DNA of 63,581 bases, counting the filler, from Neolecta irregularis DAH-3 (taxonomy: Eukaryota): NCBI GenBank assembly GCA_001929475.1. It is 13 parts of 13 records of this genome, joined end to end, with 100 filler letters (N's around TTAATTAATTAA, not from the genome) between each part and the next. Parts side by side here need not be neighbours in the genome. Positions count along the whole stretch, not along the records: positions 10,024 to 20,974 come from LXFE01001031.1; positions 21,075 to 22,617 come from LXFE01001032.1; positions 22,718 to 37,499 come from LXFE01001034.1; 10 more parts are not named here. The stretch is one strand, 5' to 3'. Every line of letters starts with the position of its first letter. The stretch's first letter is position 1. The notes beneath the pieces were generated by a model that saw only the letters and a program-made list of their open reading frames with translations, was not told the DNA's origin and did no database searches. Position numbers and translations under genes: made by a program. Below are positions 12,771 to 26,598 of this stretch, piece by piece.

Positions 12771-15700
12771 TGTATTCAATCCTCATAAATCGGATTGTCA
12801 ATCGGATTGATAGATGGACACACTGACGCTTATATTATGTAAGTATGTTGCATATACAAATTTAATGGCCATTTTGACATAAGGAGTATAAAAGCCCTGT
12901 AACTCCTTACCTATAGTTTGAATGTAAATAATAGCTGTTAAATTGTTTACAGAGTTAACTCTTCCATCAACATATTAAGACAACTTTTTAGAGGTCCCCT
13001 TGCCAAACAAGTTACTCAATAAAAAATTGGAACTAGGGGCCTCAAAGGGTAGAATTTTGCTTTTGAATAATAACTCTTTGATTTGGTCATCGGTACCCTT
13101 TACTTCTATTTAGAAAAAGACACAAACGGAGGAACTAGAAGAGAAAGCTTCATTTCGCCATCCTGTTCGCTCGGTTATTAATGGAGAAAGAAAAGATGAG
13201 AGGATGCGTGTACAACCAGAATTTCGGCCCAGGTTTTCTGGAATATCCATGCATGTATTTAGCGGAACCTGTCCAGAATTTTTGCAAAACTGCAGACCAT
13301 GACTTCCCGAGAGAAGATATTAGCGCCGTCATGGTTTTGCCGGTTTGTGGAACACCGGCAAGCCTTTGCTCAAACATCTTCAGTCTCTCCAAGGGCCAGA
13401 AGTGAATGGGTTTTTTGGAATACAAAACAGGTAGCGCACCGATCATTGGACCATAACTATTTGAATTAGTAAGAAAGCAATAGTGGATGTGAATCCCCAA
13501 GTTGAACAAAGCAGTATCACAATCTCTGGGTTTCAATATAAGAGAGTAGAAGCAATGGCCTGAATGCTGCAGTTTTCAAATCTTGGGCTATATGAAGACA
13601 TACAACATAGCTCATGAATGTTATTATAAATGACCACATAGCTCAAAGTCATTCTTTTGTGGACTCCGAACGCCATACATGAGGAATCAATACGCGGCCA
13701 TCACCCGTCATCTGTAACCTCCCCTGATTGGTCACTCTCTGGAATTACATCTCGACCAACTGTCTAACCGATCCTTCAACCATTCCCTCGAATCTTGATC
13801 CATCCGGACATCTTTTAAAGCAATGATTAAACCTTTCGAAAACGAGCCTTTCCGAACAAATGTCCAGGCGATTGACAGATCCCCAGGCTCTCTCACGGAT
13901 CGCAACTCTTCCCAAATAAGAATCTCAATATTGTTGAGACTGTGAGATGTCTTGTTAGGCGATGAGACAAAATATGAGCCGTTATGATTTGTGGGCGACT
14001 ACGAATGTTCAGAGAGAATCGAGGGTGAAAAGGTCTCACCCAGAATAATCCGGTGTATAGATGTGGCGAGGAGTGATCTGGTGTGATGTGTATTCGCACG
14101 GTATTCTCCTTCGAAGTTGCAAATTCAATTACGAAAAATTCACTTCCAGGCATGTTGATACCAGGATACAATTATTTCGAGATCAATAGGTGGACGACCG
14201 AGATTTAAACAGAGTTTGGTCGCTCGTCCGCGGGCGAACCTCATGTAAATGATAGCCCGGGGCTCCGCACTTGCTATTTATAGTTAGCGAAGAACAGAGA
14301 CCGAAGCAAGTTCTTGTTTGCAGATGCCAACCCGTACTGGAAGTTTGCCATTGCGGAAAGCGACACGGAGATGAGCTAATTTGTCTGAACAGCGGCCTGC
14401 TGAAGGAGACCTAGACCTGTCTTCAAGATGGGATGGTTGCTAAAACAATGAGGTTAATTGTCTGGAAATCTAATCACCCTCATATAACTCTGCTGATTAA
14501 TCATCGTAAGCTAGATTTCTTGGCAAAATCGTTGATAATCGTGTCAACAGAACAGCAAGACTCAGCAAAACATTTCGTGATCCAAAGCAATTCCAGCGAG
14601 TGTTCTACTCAGTTGACAATGACAAAGCGGGGTTGCAAGGTTGTAATTGCCGAACCCGAGTGCATTATCGATCTATTGTGTTGACCAAACCCAACAAGGT
14701 TACTGTCTTTGGACGTGTTTCTCCAGGTTATCTCCGGGGGTGTAAACAGGCTGCCAGAAATTATAAGCTGTAATAGCATTGTTTGTAACATGTAAAATAA
14801 GGGACCTGGTAGATGCTCGGATGTTCAAGTACGAGATAATACTGCAATTCTGTAGATCATTGGTTCTGCCGATATCGTAAATAATTTAGAGCCACGAGAA
14901 ACCTGAACGAGAAGTCGAACGAGAACGTAGACCCCTGTCAAACGAATATAGGAAGCATCGAACTGCCTGGAACATGATAGCGCATAGCATAGTAAACTTT
15001 GAAAGAGAGCGATCCAGCTATTAGTTGAGATGTAATTGTGTAGCGCCTAGACCTTTTCTATTATGTAACCATTTAGCATCCATACAAGCCCTACTTGAAA
15101 CAATATTACATATTATTTTAAATTTTGATATTTACTAGCAGCGATTCCCTGTCAGCAGTTTGCCTGATCATCATGTCAGGGTGAAAAACCCTGATATTAA
15201 TCAAAAATATATTTGAGTTTTTGAGACTGATGCATCGGGTAGCTCAATTTCTGTCGATTATTTCCAGGTTAAGTAGCTTGATCGCATGGGAAATAATTCG
15301 TCAACGAATCAATCACGATAGTCAAAGTTTCAAATTGTTCACAATGCCCTGATGTCAAATTCACTGGCCAATATAGGCTCGCAGTAGGCAATGGGATGAG
15401 AAGAAACGCTACGACTGGAAAGATTCCCAGATCTCCAACTGAGTCCCGAACAAGATTGAGTCTGGATTGCTTGTTTCCTGATTGCTGATGACCAATCGCA
15501 AAAGACGGAAGCTTTACAGAAAAATAAAACCAAAGATGCCGACATCGTGGTATCTCCTCAGTGAACTATGCTTTATTTAACTTGTAATTATCAGTAACCC
15601 GGATTCACTGTATTCTCTCGCCTGTTTTCTGTAGTTTGAGAGAAAAAATAGAACAGCAAATAAGAGATAATTATACATCACGAGTGATATCTCACAAAGT

Positions 15701-15847
15701 CAAACAGTCCATAGAAGAGTGATATGAACATAATGAGCATCTTTCAAGCAGAATATATACCATAAACGGTCTATCCAATAATATATACAATTTTCCCAGC
15801 CGTCAAACCCTAAATAATTAGGGATAGTGGGCATTAAGCATGAACCT

Positions 15848-17489
15848 CTACATGACCAGGCATTCTCGACTATTATTATCAGCACCACGTTGTTCCTCTG
15901 CTTTCATCATCGTTTCAGCCCATCGTCTTTCAATCCATTTAGCGATCTCAGTATCACCGCGCAAACAAGCGCGAAAATGGGAATTGAATATATTTTGCCA
16001 GGCATAATAACACTTGAGTCTTATCCAACCTCCTTTTCTTTCGGAATTTGAGATCATGACTTCTCGAATTCCAGCCCACGTTATACGTGGACAATCGTAT
16101 ACCACCAGACGCATCTGAGAGGATAAATGGAGGAGGATTACATCGCTCAGTTCAGTGTTATCTATTTCGAGGGATATCAAGTATTGACAGGATCGAAGGA
16201 GATGGATTATTCCGTGGTCAGTCACTTCGATGCAGTAGGACAGTTGTAGATGCCGAAGATTAGGATTGTACGCAGATAATGAAAGAATTGTTTCATCTGT
16301 AATCTGAACGACATCTTCGAGGTCCAGATGAGTCAATTTGGGAATCGTTCGAAGTAGTGTTTTAAAACCGACATCTGTCAAGTTATTGCATCCGGTAAAC
16401 TCGAGTCGGGAGAGTTCTGGAACTTGATTTGCAAGGACAATCAAAGTTGCATCTGATAAGAGGAGGCATTGGGAGAGGTTGAGATGTCTCAGCGATAATA
16501 ACCGAGACATGTCACCGAGATAAGGATATGAAGGTCCTCTAATTAGTAGTTTCATATGTGTATCCGATAACCGGGGACATTCAGCGAGATGTAGACTTTC
16601 TAGGCGGCTGAGATTATGAATGCCGATAAGAATATCTGGGTTGTGCATTTCCCCAAATTCGTTCATTCGTAATTCTATTAACCCAGGGCAATTCTCGAGG
16701 ACATGAATAACCCCATTTGTAAGTTGCCTTGTCGTCGGACACCATGAGATATCCAGTGTTTGGAGAAACTTTCGTGATAACAGTGTAAAAGATGAAAATG
16801 GAATACCAGGAACCCCGGAAACATCGAGATGATGGAGACTGTTATTGACTTTAAGAATCTTGGGAAGACTTTCAGGAGCGATATAGCAGCCATCCAGATT
16901 CAGCGATATTAGATTTGTACAATATATGCCAAGTGATGCGAATTCTCTTGGAAGGAGATTATTGCACCCTCTAACAGGTAAGTAGATATACTGGGAGAGA
17001 AAAATATCACCGAAGATTTAAATGGCGGATGAAGGAACCTGCCGATTTGAGAATCCGCATAACTTCATGTCCTGGTACATAAGAATAGCCGGGTTTCAAA
17101 TTTAACAGATGACTGTTGGAATCGCTAAAGTCGGCTATCACGAAGCTTTTCCATAGGCTTCCATCATATGTCATCTCTCTCCATGTTTTGCATACCCTGC
17201 TTAATGAAATCAATTCTCGTCGGTGAACGTATGAGAATATTTGCAGAAGCACCGTCTTCGGGATAATTGCTGTCCAGTCTTTCCGGGAACGTTCATCAGC
17301 GAATGAAAATCGACTACCACTGTAGCAGACTTCATCAAGAGAGATTTCTTGAGAGCAATCTGTGTTTGATTTTGATCGGGTGTTTTTTGGATAAAATTCG
17401 TCAACCGCTTCGCGCTTACAGCCCTGAAACCGAGATGAATTCAAGAGTAAGAAATCAAAGATACGGCGGGATCGAGAGAAAATTGCCAT
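15848..17489 (-). CDS. F-box/leucine-rich repeat protein (FBXL2/20-like)
   Basis: F-box IPKTVLLQIFSY..LSRVCKTWREMTYDGSLW; cysteine-containing LRRs (LNLSQC..LSD, L.LSYC.EVTD.G); GT-AG intron at about 16971-17010. Confidence 0.9.
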
Positions 17490-18457
17490 TCGGACAAACT
17501 GCTGAAAAATTCGCGAATTAGCGAAACGGACTTGCAACAACGAATGGCAGATATCACAAAGCAGATAAGCAGCTACAAAATAACATGCATGCTTTTAGTG
17601 CTGCCTGATCTCCCTACTTCAATATTTGTTCTTGTTTATTCCATGTTTGTCTCTATAGTGGATATCATGAATCGCACGAACCGCTAATTATCACTGGTAT
17701 TGACATGGAAACAGGTGGCACGACAAGCCTGTGAAAATTTCTGCTTTGGTGATATATCTTACTTAGTTTCTCCTTCCTCCCGGCTTTCAACATGCTCCCG
17801 GGTAATCCCGGTCGTATAGAACCACGTCAGTGCTCTTAGTCCTCGCGTTTGGGTTTTCCCACATACCTAGACATCGAGGCGAAATGAGCCTGAATTAATC
17901 TGTTATGTCCCAAATTTTTCTTATTAGATAGCTCAAAAATATGCATCATCAGGATTTTGTATCTCTGCTTTTTTTACTCTTATAGACCTTTGAACCAAAA
18001 GACAGCGAACGTAAGAGTAATCCTCTTGATAGCACCTGAGATCCAATGATTCATTAGTTTCGCTTCTCATATTCGTGAATGCTAATGACTAGTAGAACTC
18101 GACAGCTTTGCGCCTCATTAGAATTGCCATGATTCCCACTATCCCATTGAAGATGACCATTGGATTAATAGTACAATAGTTGTGGTTCTAATGGATAAGG
18201 TGATCATGATAAGTCGCGGTATGGTATTCGTGATGAATGAGAAGTCAGTCATTTCTCAATTTCCAACTTTCGTGTTCCTATGTACGAATAATAAAAGGTA
18301 ATGAAGGTAAAGTGAGCCTTTTCATTCAAGATACTTGAAGGTTCATGGGGCCAAATAGAATAGATACGGCACTGTGAAGCATCGAGGTCGATCAGGCTGA
18401 ATCAATCCCTTGGTAAAGTATAGTTAGTCCACTTTAACAGATAGAATGGCTGAGTGA

Positions 18458-19003
18458 CTATTTTCTCCCTTCAACCATAATTCTAATGATTAAGCAGAGT
18501 ACGAGACTGGACTTTTTACAAGTGGTATCCAAATTTGGTCTTTATAGGAGGATCAGTGTACTTGGGCTTTGCAGCGGTGCTGACGGGAAGTTTGAACTGG
18601 AATGATCAGTGCGTTTCGTGCCTCGGCGTACTGCGGCATCTTGAAAGGGCCCGACCATTGAACCTCTGACCATCCATCCTAAATCTCCGCCGCTTCTGGC
18701 CTTCTTGGATCAAAAGGGCGGATGAGACAAAATGACCTTGTCTTGGGAAAATTCGCGGGCAACAGCATCAAAAGAGGTGCCCTGCCCGTAAATACAGCGT
18801 AACAAGGAGTCCAGTCAGACCTCTTGCAGTTTTTCCAGAGCCTGTATTGCTGTGGGATAAGCGGATGCTAGAGCCTGGGTGATGCCTATAGAATGCTTTT
18901 CGCAGAGGATATGGCGGACCTTGAGTGCTTGTGCCGGTTTGAGGGTCTGTTCTGTATCGTCTTGTGGATGAGTCTTTTGTGTTTTGATAGGTTTGGAGGG
19001 CAT
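18458..19003 (-). CDS. PIN4: Parvulin-type peptidyl-prolyl isomerase Par14/PIN4 (5 introns, first is GC-AG)
   Basis: Spliced product [72 protein letters not shown]. Confidence 0.93.
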
Positions 19004-19137
19004 TATGGATGGAGGTTGGAGGTTACCGCCATGCCAGGGGGTGTTATTTTAGCGGGCGTGTAATGGTGCTCTATGCATACAGCCCAAGGGCCTGGATAAT
19101 AACCGGGGCAGGCGACAATCCTGACTCACCGCCAAGC

Positions 19138-19968
19138 ATGGCTTCTTCCCGGCCAGTTCCCATTGGGCGTCCTGCGACTGATGCTGCGGCTCACCGCCGT
19201 ATTGTCGCACTGCATGCGCCGCTCGCCTCTGGGTTCCGCCCGCGCTACATCTCTGAATCAGCGTGGCTGCGCCCAGGTACAATATTTGCCGGCACTCAGC
19301 GGCTGCTTATTGCGGGAAACCTCGTCCACCGCAGCTGGCCAGTGCGCGTTGCAATCGAAAGCACCAGCTGGGACCAAATGAAGGTCTACGGCACGATGCA
19401 GGCCTCGGGTGTGCCCAATACCGAGAAGAAAACAGGAATCACGACTTTCTGGGAAGGCATGGCTGTTCTCTGCTGCACCGACATGACTGATACAACCGCC
19501 AGGAGAGATTATCGATTTCCATAAAATCCCTTGGAAGACCGGGAAGTGGTCGGCTAGCGAGCAGATCGATACCCTCTACTGGGGCAAATTGCCCCCCTTT
19601 GAAAGCATCCAGGTAAAGACCGAAGACGGCGTGACCTACAAAAAAATCCTCGTCGAAGAAGTCTGTCGCACCCATATATTAATGAGATGGAAAGGTGTTG
19701 TCATAGTCTACCAGCCCATGCTGAATGGCAGAAATCGCCTTCATCCAACCTTCCGAAGAAGCCGGTCTTACCATTGCTGGGTTCTACTACGTCAGCTTAC
19801 GACGCGACGACGGGGCTATCGAAGGTTCGTACCCCTTCTTTCACATCCCTCCAACTGCCTGTAGCATTTTATTACGACCCTGCATCAACTCCGTATCAAA
19901 GTCTAGTTCTCTCACCGCTAAAGTCCCAAGATGGAGGGCTGTCGTTTTCAGAGTATAGCTTTCGTTGA
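19138..19968 (+). CDS. GID4: GID complex substrate receptor Gid4/Vid24 (3 introns, first is GC-AG)
   Basis: WLRPG..F.GTQ, W.V.V.I, ITTFWEGEIIDF, ILMRWKE, GLTIAGFYYV.L.R.DG.IE.FYYDP.STPYQ.L.L motifs. Confidence 0.9.
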
Positions 19969-20163
19969 ACAGTTGAAAGAGATCAGGCACATCATCCCTG
20001 CCTGTCTTCACTGCTTTGTACCATAATTTATTACGATAGACGGCACGGGGATTTTTGTCATTCGTATTTGGTACAAAATCACCTTCAATCGCTCTCTAAT
20101 GATGTCTCTAGGTTGTCTTTGTCCTTCGACCAGATAACCGAAAATATGTTCTTGATGACCATA

Positions 20164-20400
20164 ATGAAAACTTTTCTCTTGACTATCCTCTTAATGAATA
20201 TACCGCTATCCATCTCTATCCATACTTATCCTATCTCGCCACCATTCAGTTTTCAAGGACAACATGGACGGCCTTCGATAATACAAAGGCTCCTCTTAAA
20301 TCACCTTTCATATAACGACTACGCACCATCTTCTTGGGTTCAAGCCGAAATTCTCAATTCCTAGAGCCCCAAGGATCGCTTGGAAGAGAATAAACAATGA
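20164..20400 (+). pseudogene. Possible decayed small secreted-protein gene
   Basis: Signal-peptide-like MKTFLLTILLMNIPLSIS followed by early stops; no recognisable homolog. Confidence 0.2.
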
Positions 20401-21074
20401 AATCAATAGCTTCATTATATGAACAGTCCAGAGTTTGGTCCTGGTCAAGTCGAAACGTGTTCTTTATAAGGACCGCTTGGGATCTACAAGGTCTAAATAG
20501 AACCACCTAATTGCGACATTGGGAACCCTCGTCAAAAAACAACCCTTTTTCTTGGGAAGAGGACTATAAAACAAGATTGTAAGTGCCCTTGGTCATACCA
20601 GTACACGTACACTCCCAAAGAGTTCGTGGCTTCTAGAATGTCTTCTAGCGATTGGTGAATTCTGTAATTAAGTCAATGCAAGATTACAAATCAGATCGGT
20701 CCACGGCAGTTGCCATTTAGAATAGAGATTATATTCTGAATAGCTGGTACATTCTGTTGTCAAGTATAATACACACACTCCAAAAAGTTGATATTCATAA
20801 GAATCTCGACTTTCACCTTGACTTATGATGGGCAATATGCTGAAAGAGCATTTCAATGCAGTCTCTGGTCGGCCCCAGCGTTCCAAACCACTGGACCAAA
20901 TAGACCGTCCAAATAGACCGTCCAAGTAGACTAGACCAGACCGGCAATAATTTCGGTCCAGACGGACCAGACCANNNNNNNNNNNNNNNNNNNNNNNNNN
21001 NNNNNNNNNNNNNNNNNNTTAATTAATTAANNNNNNNNNNNNNNNNNNNNNNNNNNNNNNNNNNNNNNNNNNNN

Positions 21075-22617
21075 TCCACTTGTCAACTTAAAGTCCCATA
21101 AGAGAGTTTTTACCTTCAACAAGACAAAGGCTCTCACAATGATACTGGATATCTGATGCCGAACCCCTTTGCTGGGGATCAGCTAAAGAAGTATGTTAAG
21201 AGATCCCCAGGACTGGTAGCTGAAGTATTATTATTCATGGTTAATCTAGTGCTCCTCGCAAAGGAGGGGAGGCATGTGATATGTTAGTGAATGGACTGGT
21301 ATATAATCATGTATAATAGATAGAGAAAGAGGAGGATTTAATGTGGAAAGTTGTCGGAGGACTAGACCTATACCCTAACTGGGATAAACTACTTAGTAGG
21401 GATGAGAGATACTTAGGGAAGTATTTTGGGCAAGGTTCATGTATCTTGCAAAATTACTCCATCTTTGAGGAAGCCTAAGTTCAATAATACAGCAGAAACC
21501 CAGCAATAACTCAGGACACACTAACAAATTATATAAGACATAATACAGCAAAAAGATCGGTCTCGAGAAGCTCCACTGGGATGTACAAAATTTCGCCTAG
21601 GTTACCTCATCGGTTAGTCGTCAACTGGTATCTAAGCAAAAATGTGAAAAATTTGACATTGAATGACACAATAACGGTCCAACACAGATGCCATGTTAAT
21701 ACAGCGAAAAGATCCGCCTCATCAAGATCTTCCTGACAATATAAGGTTCGTAGTATCTTGTCTACTCGGATACGGAGAGAAGTAGGAAAATGTAGGGTGA
21801 CAGGGTGGACTTAGGGAAATATTTGTAAATTAGTATGGCGCTAGTGAAAAAAGGACATTGAGTTGTCCCTGGCGAAAATCGATGGTAGGACGACCTCAGG
21901 ATATATGAAAGGGAAGTAGAGTACCTTTCTGTGGACACAATAAAATTCCATTTGTTACACATAAAATTTTGCCGGTATACTCAGTAGGTTTGCATCTATA
22001 GAGTTTGAAGTCTCAATCTTATATCTGTGTATCTTTGTTTGAGTTCGCTCATAGAGTCATAGCTACTGTGGGGATTGAGGGTGCCTAAGGAAAGACCCTC
22101 ACTGATATACATCCAAGATTTGCGAGTATACTCAGTGGTAGCTCAACAGTAGATATATAATGACTATAGATACTTAGGTGTATCTGGTCATGGTATTTCA
22201 CTGGTAACTCCCTGAAAGATACATCAAGAGTCACAGATTATACTTGGAGTGTGGTTTCTAGCAGATCAAGAGTTCCTATTATTACTGCTAAGTGATATTA
22301 GTTGAACCAGTCTGTTTAGGTACTAACCTATACAGAGATTTCATTGCCCTAGGACTGGGATAATGACACTGCCCTTTAGTGGTCTTGGGATTATTCCTTT
22401 GAGACTTTTACAGGGTTAGAGAACAGGATTTCGAACCTTGACGATTAGCGAGCACAGAAGCTCCACGTATTGTCACTAACCTGCTTCCATAGAGAGGAGT
22501 CGGTTACAGTGCATCTGGTGTCACCTGACCGCGGATCACGTGACATGCCGCTATGAGGTGGAAAACCTAAGTGATACTAAGATTAAAGGAATAAATGCTA
22601 GCTATGAAGAGAAAGCA
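21075..22617. mobile_element. Degenerate interspersed repeat, copy 1 (class unknown)
   Basis: Collinear with 55600-56400 (e.g. gacctcaggatatatga, gggattgagg, ccctaggactggg, tcctttgagactttt); no intact ORF. Confidence 0.7.
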
Positions 22618-22852
22618 NNNNNNNNNNNNNNNNNNNNNNNNNNNNNNNNNNNNNNNNNNNNTTAATTAATTAANNNNNNNNNNNNNNNNNNNNNNNNNNN
22701 NNNNNNNNNNNNNNNNNCGGGTGGGAAGACCCGCTGAGAACAACCATATTCCGCATTATGAGGGATAGATCCGACCGAGATGGTGACGACGAAGGGTTTT
22801 GAGTTGAATACTTTTGAAGCCGCCCGTGATCACGCTTTCGTACTCACACAAA

Positions 22853-23932
22853 ATGCATCAAGATCACGAATACTTTAGCTATTTAACATCATTACCTCTA
22901 TCTTCGTTAAGATCAGAACGTACAGCATTATTTGCAGAGAAAGAACAATCCACTTCCTCACAAATCGCGTTGTTGAAAAGGGAGCGCGATGGAATTGTAC
23001 GGGTAGATTCGGTGACATCAGAGTTCTATTCCTCGTTGTCCAAACTGAGGGGTCAGCTAGTCGAATTGCAGTTGTCAACGCCAAATGTATACACTGCAAT
23101 CGAAGGGTTCAACAATCGCATTGGAGATATTAATCAGAAGCGAGAGCACGCGGTGTTATTATCCCGAGCAAGTGACCGAATAGAAGATCTCCTTTCAATA
23201 CCAAAGCTAATCAATACTTGTATCTTGAACGGTTCTTATGAGGATGCTATTTCGCTATCCCATCATGTTGAAAATCTCGATGTGCGAATTCCCGGATGTC
23301 CAGTCTTGAAAACCCTCAAAAAGCAAATTGATAAAGAGATGCAAGCAATGACGGTCCATCTATTAGGTATCCTCAAAGATGGGTCAAAGCTCCAAACCGC
23401 GTTGAAGGCATGGCTTCTCTGTAGAGTTTTAATTAATATACAGGTGATTAATTTACTCAAACGGACGACAGAATTCCGAGATGACCATCTTCAATATTTA
23501 TTTCTCTTGTATCGCTGGGACTTTTTGCAATTTACAGTAAAGGGCATTCCTCCATCCGATGATGGATATAGATATCTGAAGCGGTTTATCGAGGTAATTC
23601 GAGAATACAGTTTCACGATCATTTCGCAATACAAATCAATTTTTGGCGAAGAAGCGTCAAACTCATTTAGTTCGCATATTCTTTCATTGTTTGCACTTAA
23701 TCTTGTCGACTGGATCAAGAATATGTTGCAGCATCACCTTCACAAGGTTCGAGATGTTGAATTGAAAAAAAACCTGCTGAATCAATTGTTGTATTGTTCT
23801 GGGAGTCTGGCGAGGGTGGGAGTAGAATTCTCTGGGGTAATTTGTGAATTGTTTGAGGGGTATGTTGAAGTTGTCAAGAATCACCGAGAGGTTGTTTTGA
23901 AGATGCAGATGAGCAATATAAATGAACGGTAG
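22853..23932 (+). CDS. COG8: Conserved oligomeric Golgi complex subunit 8 (Dor1 family); in-frame GC-AG intron 23408-23443
   Basis: YLTSLPL..L..E, DLLSIPKLINTCI.NG.YEDAI.L..H, YLKRFIEVIREYSFTIISQYKSIF, LLNQLLYCSGSLARVG.EF. Confidence 0.9.
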   Translation: MHQDHEYFSYLTSLPLSSLRSERTALFAEKEQSTSSQIALLKRERDGIVRVDSVTSEFYSSLSKLRGQLVELQLSTPNVYTAIEGFNNRIGDINQKREHAVLLSRASDRIEDLLSIPKLINTCILNGSYEDAISLSHHVENLDVRIPGCPVLKTLKKQIDKEMQAMTVHLLGILKDGSKLQTALKAWLLCRVLINIQVINLLKRTTEFRDDHLQYLFLLYRWDFLQFTVKGIPPSDDGYRYLKRFIEVIREYSFTIISQYKSIFGEEASNSFSSHILSLFALNLVDWIKNMLQHHLHKVRDVELKKNLLNQLLYCSGSLARVGVEFSGVICELFEGYVEVVKNHREVVLKMQMSNINER

Positions 23933-23992
23933 CATTAATTATGTGACCATCCCCTTGATGTGAACCATTTTTATCTGCTATATTTAAACCCT

Positions 23993-24877
23993 TTACAGCT
24001 TCAATGTAATCTCCCGGAGGACACTGTTATCCAGACCCAAACTCTTGATGCATTCGAGATATCTCTTGGGAGATTCTCTTCTTAAATATTTCAACATGGC
24101 GGCCCGTTTGTGCACTAGTATCCTCAACCTTCTCGCATTATGTTTATCGTGGTTTTGGGTTTTAACATGATTTCCTAAAAATATGATTTTAGTGGTCATC
24201 ACGGCAGCTGGGAATTAGTAGGGGTTATCAAGAGTTGAAAACTCACCTTGCACTTCAGGCGATCCTGTATCACCTGGCTTGCGACTAAACCTTTCGATGG
24301 CAAGTTGAATGTTTCTTAGGCGTAGAGTTTTCGTATTTGAGTTCCGCAGGTCCATAATTCGTCCAATGGCATCTCTTTTGTTGGATTCGCTATCAAATAC
24401 TGTTCTGAGATCCCCAACAATTCCCAAGTCATCCTTTGCCGCTGAGGTGACGCTCTTGTCTATTTCCTCTTGTAATGGATCAAATCGTAATGCTTTTGCA
24501 AACTTGCAAGCTTCAAAGGTTTTTCCCGCATCTGTTGCTCCTCGAATCCAAGATGTATGATTTGGCCAATATTGTGGAATGTAATTTACCGGTAGAGCTC
24601 CATCTGTTTTCTCAACTGAGAATGAATATAGATCTGATTGACGAAAAAGGGTCTCTGTAAAAGCAGTTTTAACGCCGAATATCGGATCTGATTTATTCTC
24701 GTGTTTCTTTTTGAGGATCTCAGCTCGTCTCTCTTGGTTTTTCTTGCGTCTACGAACAGCCAGGGAACTTTTGTATTTTAGGTTGAGGGAGGTGGATGTG
24801 TGGAATTGCGATTTAAAAGAGAGGAGAAAGGGAGATATGGCTGGACGAATACCTACGGTTTGAAAAACTGGAATCAT
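23993..24877 (-). CDS. MRPS28: Mitochondrial ribosomal protein uS15m (yeast Mrps28-like)
   Basis: DTGSPEVQAAV.T.KI, HDKHNARRLRILVHKR..MLKYLR; basic N-terminal presequence; one GT-AG intron. Confidence 0.9.
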
Positions 24878-24977
24878 TGTACATGAAGTTGTGTGTTTTG
24901 GAGGTTACCGCTGGAAACGCTAGAGGGAAACTTTTTTCCTGTTCAACTGATAACCGCCCGAGTCACATCAACCCAAA

Positions 24978-26598
24978 ATGCTGATTCTCGCAGAAACAGC
25001 TGCTGGTTACGCCGTCTTCAAGGCGAAGGACAAGATTTTGAAGAAACAGAATGAACTCGTTTCCGAGTTATCGACGGCACAAGGCGCCGCCAACATCTTG
25101 AAGCTGAAAAAGTTTGTGAAATTTGAAAACACCATAGATGCATTGGACAATGTAACTGCTCTTATTGAAGGAAAAGTATCTGGGAAACTGGCGAATATGC
25201 TTGGTGATTTAAAGGGGGAGAAGAAGACTAGTCTTGTTGTTTCGGATCCCAAGCTGGGTATGTATTTTCTATTTCAGACTAATAAGCAAAGGGAATGCAA
25301 TCAATAAACTACCTGGTCTTGGGTTCTCTATTATTTCAGATTCTACTACGCAGGATTTATATCGTGGGATCAGACAACATCTCTGTTCACTGATCGACGG
25401 ACTGACACCAACTGATATTTCGACGATGTCACTTGGCCTTTCGCATTCCTTATCACGTCACAAACTGAAATTTTCGGTGGATAAAGTGGATACCATGATT
25501 GTTCAAGCGATCGCTCTTCTCGACGACCTTGATAAAGAGTTAAATATATATGCTATGAGAGTGAAAGAATGGTACGGATGGCATTTCCCTGAAATGGCAA
25601 AAATTATCTCAGACAACCTTGCATATGCCCGTGTAATAAGAGTAATGGGTACATTTCAAACAAAGAGAAGGTTGTTTTACATTTAGGATTCCGTACAAAT
25701 GCCGCATCTTGCGATTTATCTACGGTTCTTCCTGAAGAGCTTGAACGTGTTATCAAAGCGACTGCTCAAGTTAGCATGGGAACCGAAATCACTGGAGACG
25801 ATTTGTTGAATATCAATCTTTTAGTGGATCAAGTTCTTTCGCTGTCAGAATATCGAACGCAGTTGTCCGAGTACCTGGTAAACCGGATGACAGCCATTGC
25901 TCCAAATTTGACTGTTTTGGTTGGAGAACTTGTTGGCGCGAGGTTAATAGCTCACGCTGGATCTCTTATGAATCTTGCTAAACAACCCGCTTCGACTATT
26001 CAGATCCTTGGGGCTGAAAAGGCATTGTTTAGAGCGCTCAAGACAAAACACGATACACCTAAATATGGACTAATTTATCATGCCAGTCTTATTGGCCAAG
26101 CCTCGACCAAGAATAAGGGCAAAATTGCACGAATATTGGCAACCAAAGCTTCGCTGTCTCTACGTGTCGACGCACTATCTGAAGATAAAGATCTGGGTGC
26201 TTCTACCGGTATTGAAAACCGCGCAAAAGTTGAAGCTAGATTACGACAACTTGAAGGTGGTCGAGATGTTATTCCGAGTATCTCCAACGGCGGGAAAAAA
26301 CAGGCGAAATTTGAGATTCGCGAGGTCAAGGGATACAATGAAGATGGCGATTCTATAATGGTGGATAAGAAACGGTCGGGGAAAGATTTGACGAATCATG
26401 AACCAAACGGGATATTAGAAACAAGAAAGAAAGAAAAGGTACGATTTTGTGAAGCTCTTGTAATTATTAGAAGCGAAAGATCGAGAAACAAGCTGGAGAG
26501 GAGAAAAAGAAAGAAAAGGTACGATTTTGTGAAGCTTTTGTAATTATTAGAAGCGAAAGATCGAGGAACAAACTGGAGAGGAGAAAAAGAAAGAAAAG
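24978..26598 (+). CDS. NOP58: Box C/D snoRNP protein Nop58 (3' end in gap)
   Basis: [80 protein letters not shown] tail. Confidence 0.96.

Noticed and set aside
13150-14791. Minus-strand ORF fragments as a gene, possibly a distant relative of the 44299 family
   Set aside because: Multiple stops; similarity limited to IHI....PH.Y, too weak to call
17760-18400. Small spliced gene or snoRNA between the F-box gene and PIN4
   Set aside because: One plausible intron and isolated TGATGA/CTGA motifs, but no coherent ORF or rRNA guide
22415-22445. GGTTCGAAATCC (minus strand) as a tRNA or SINE B-box
   Set aside because: No cloverleaf can be built and the motif is absent from the homologous repeat copy
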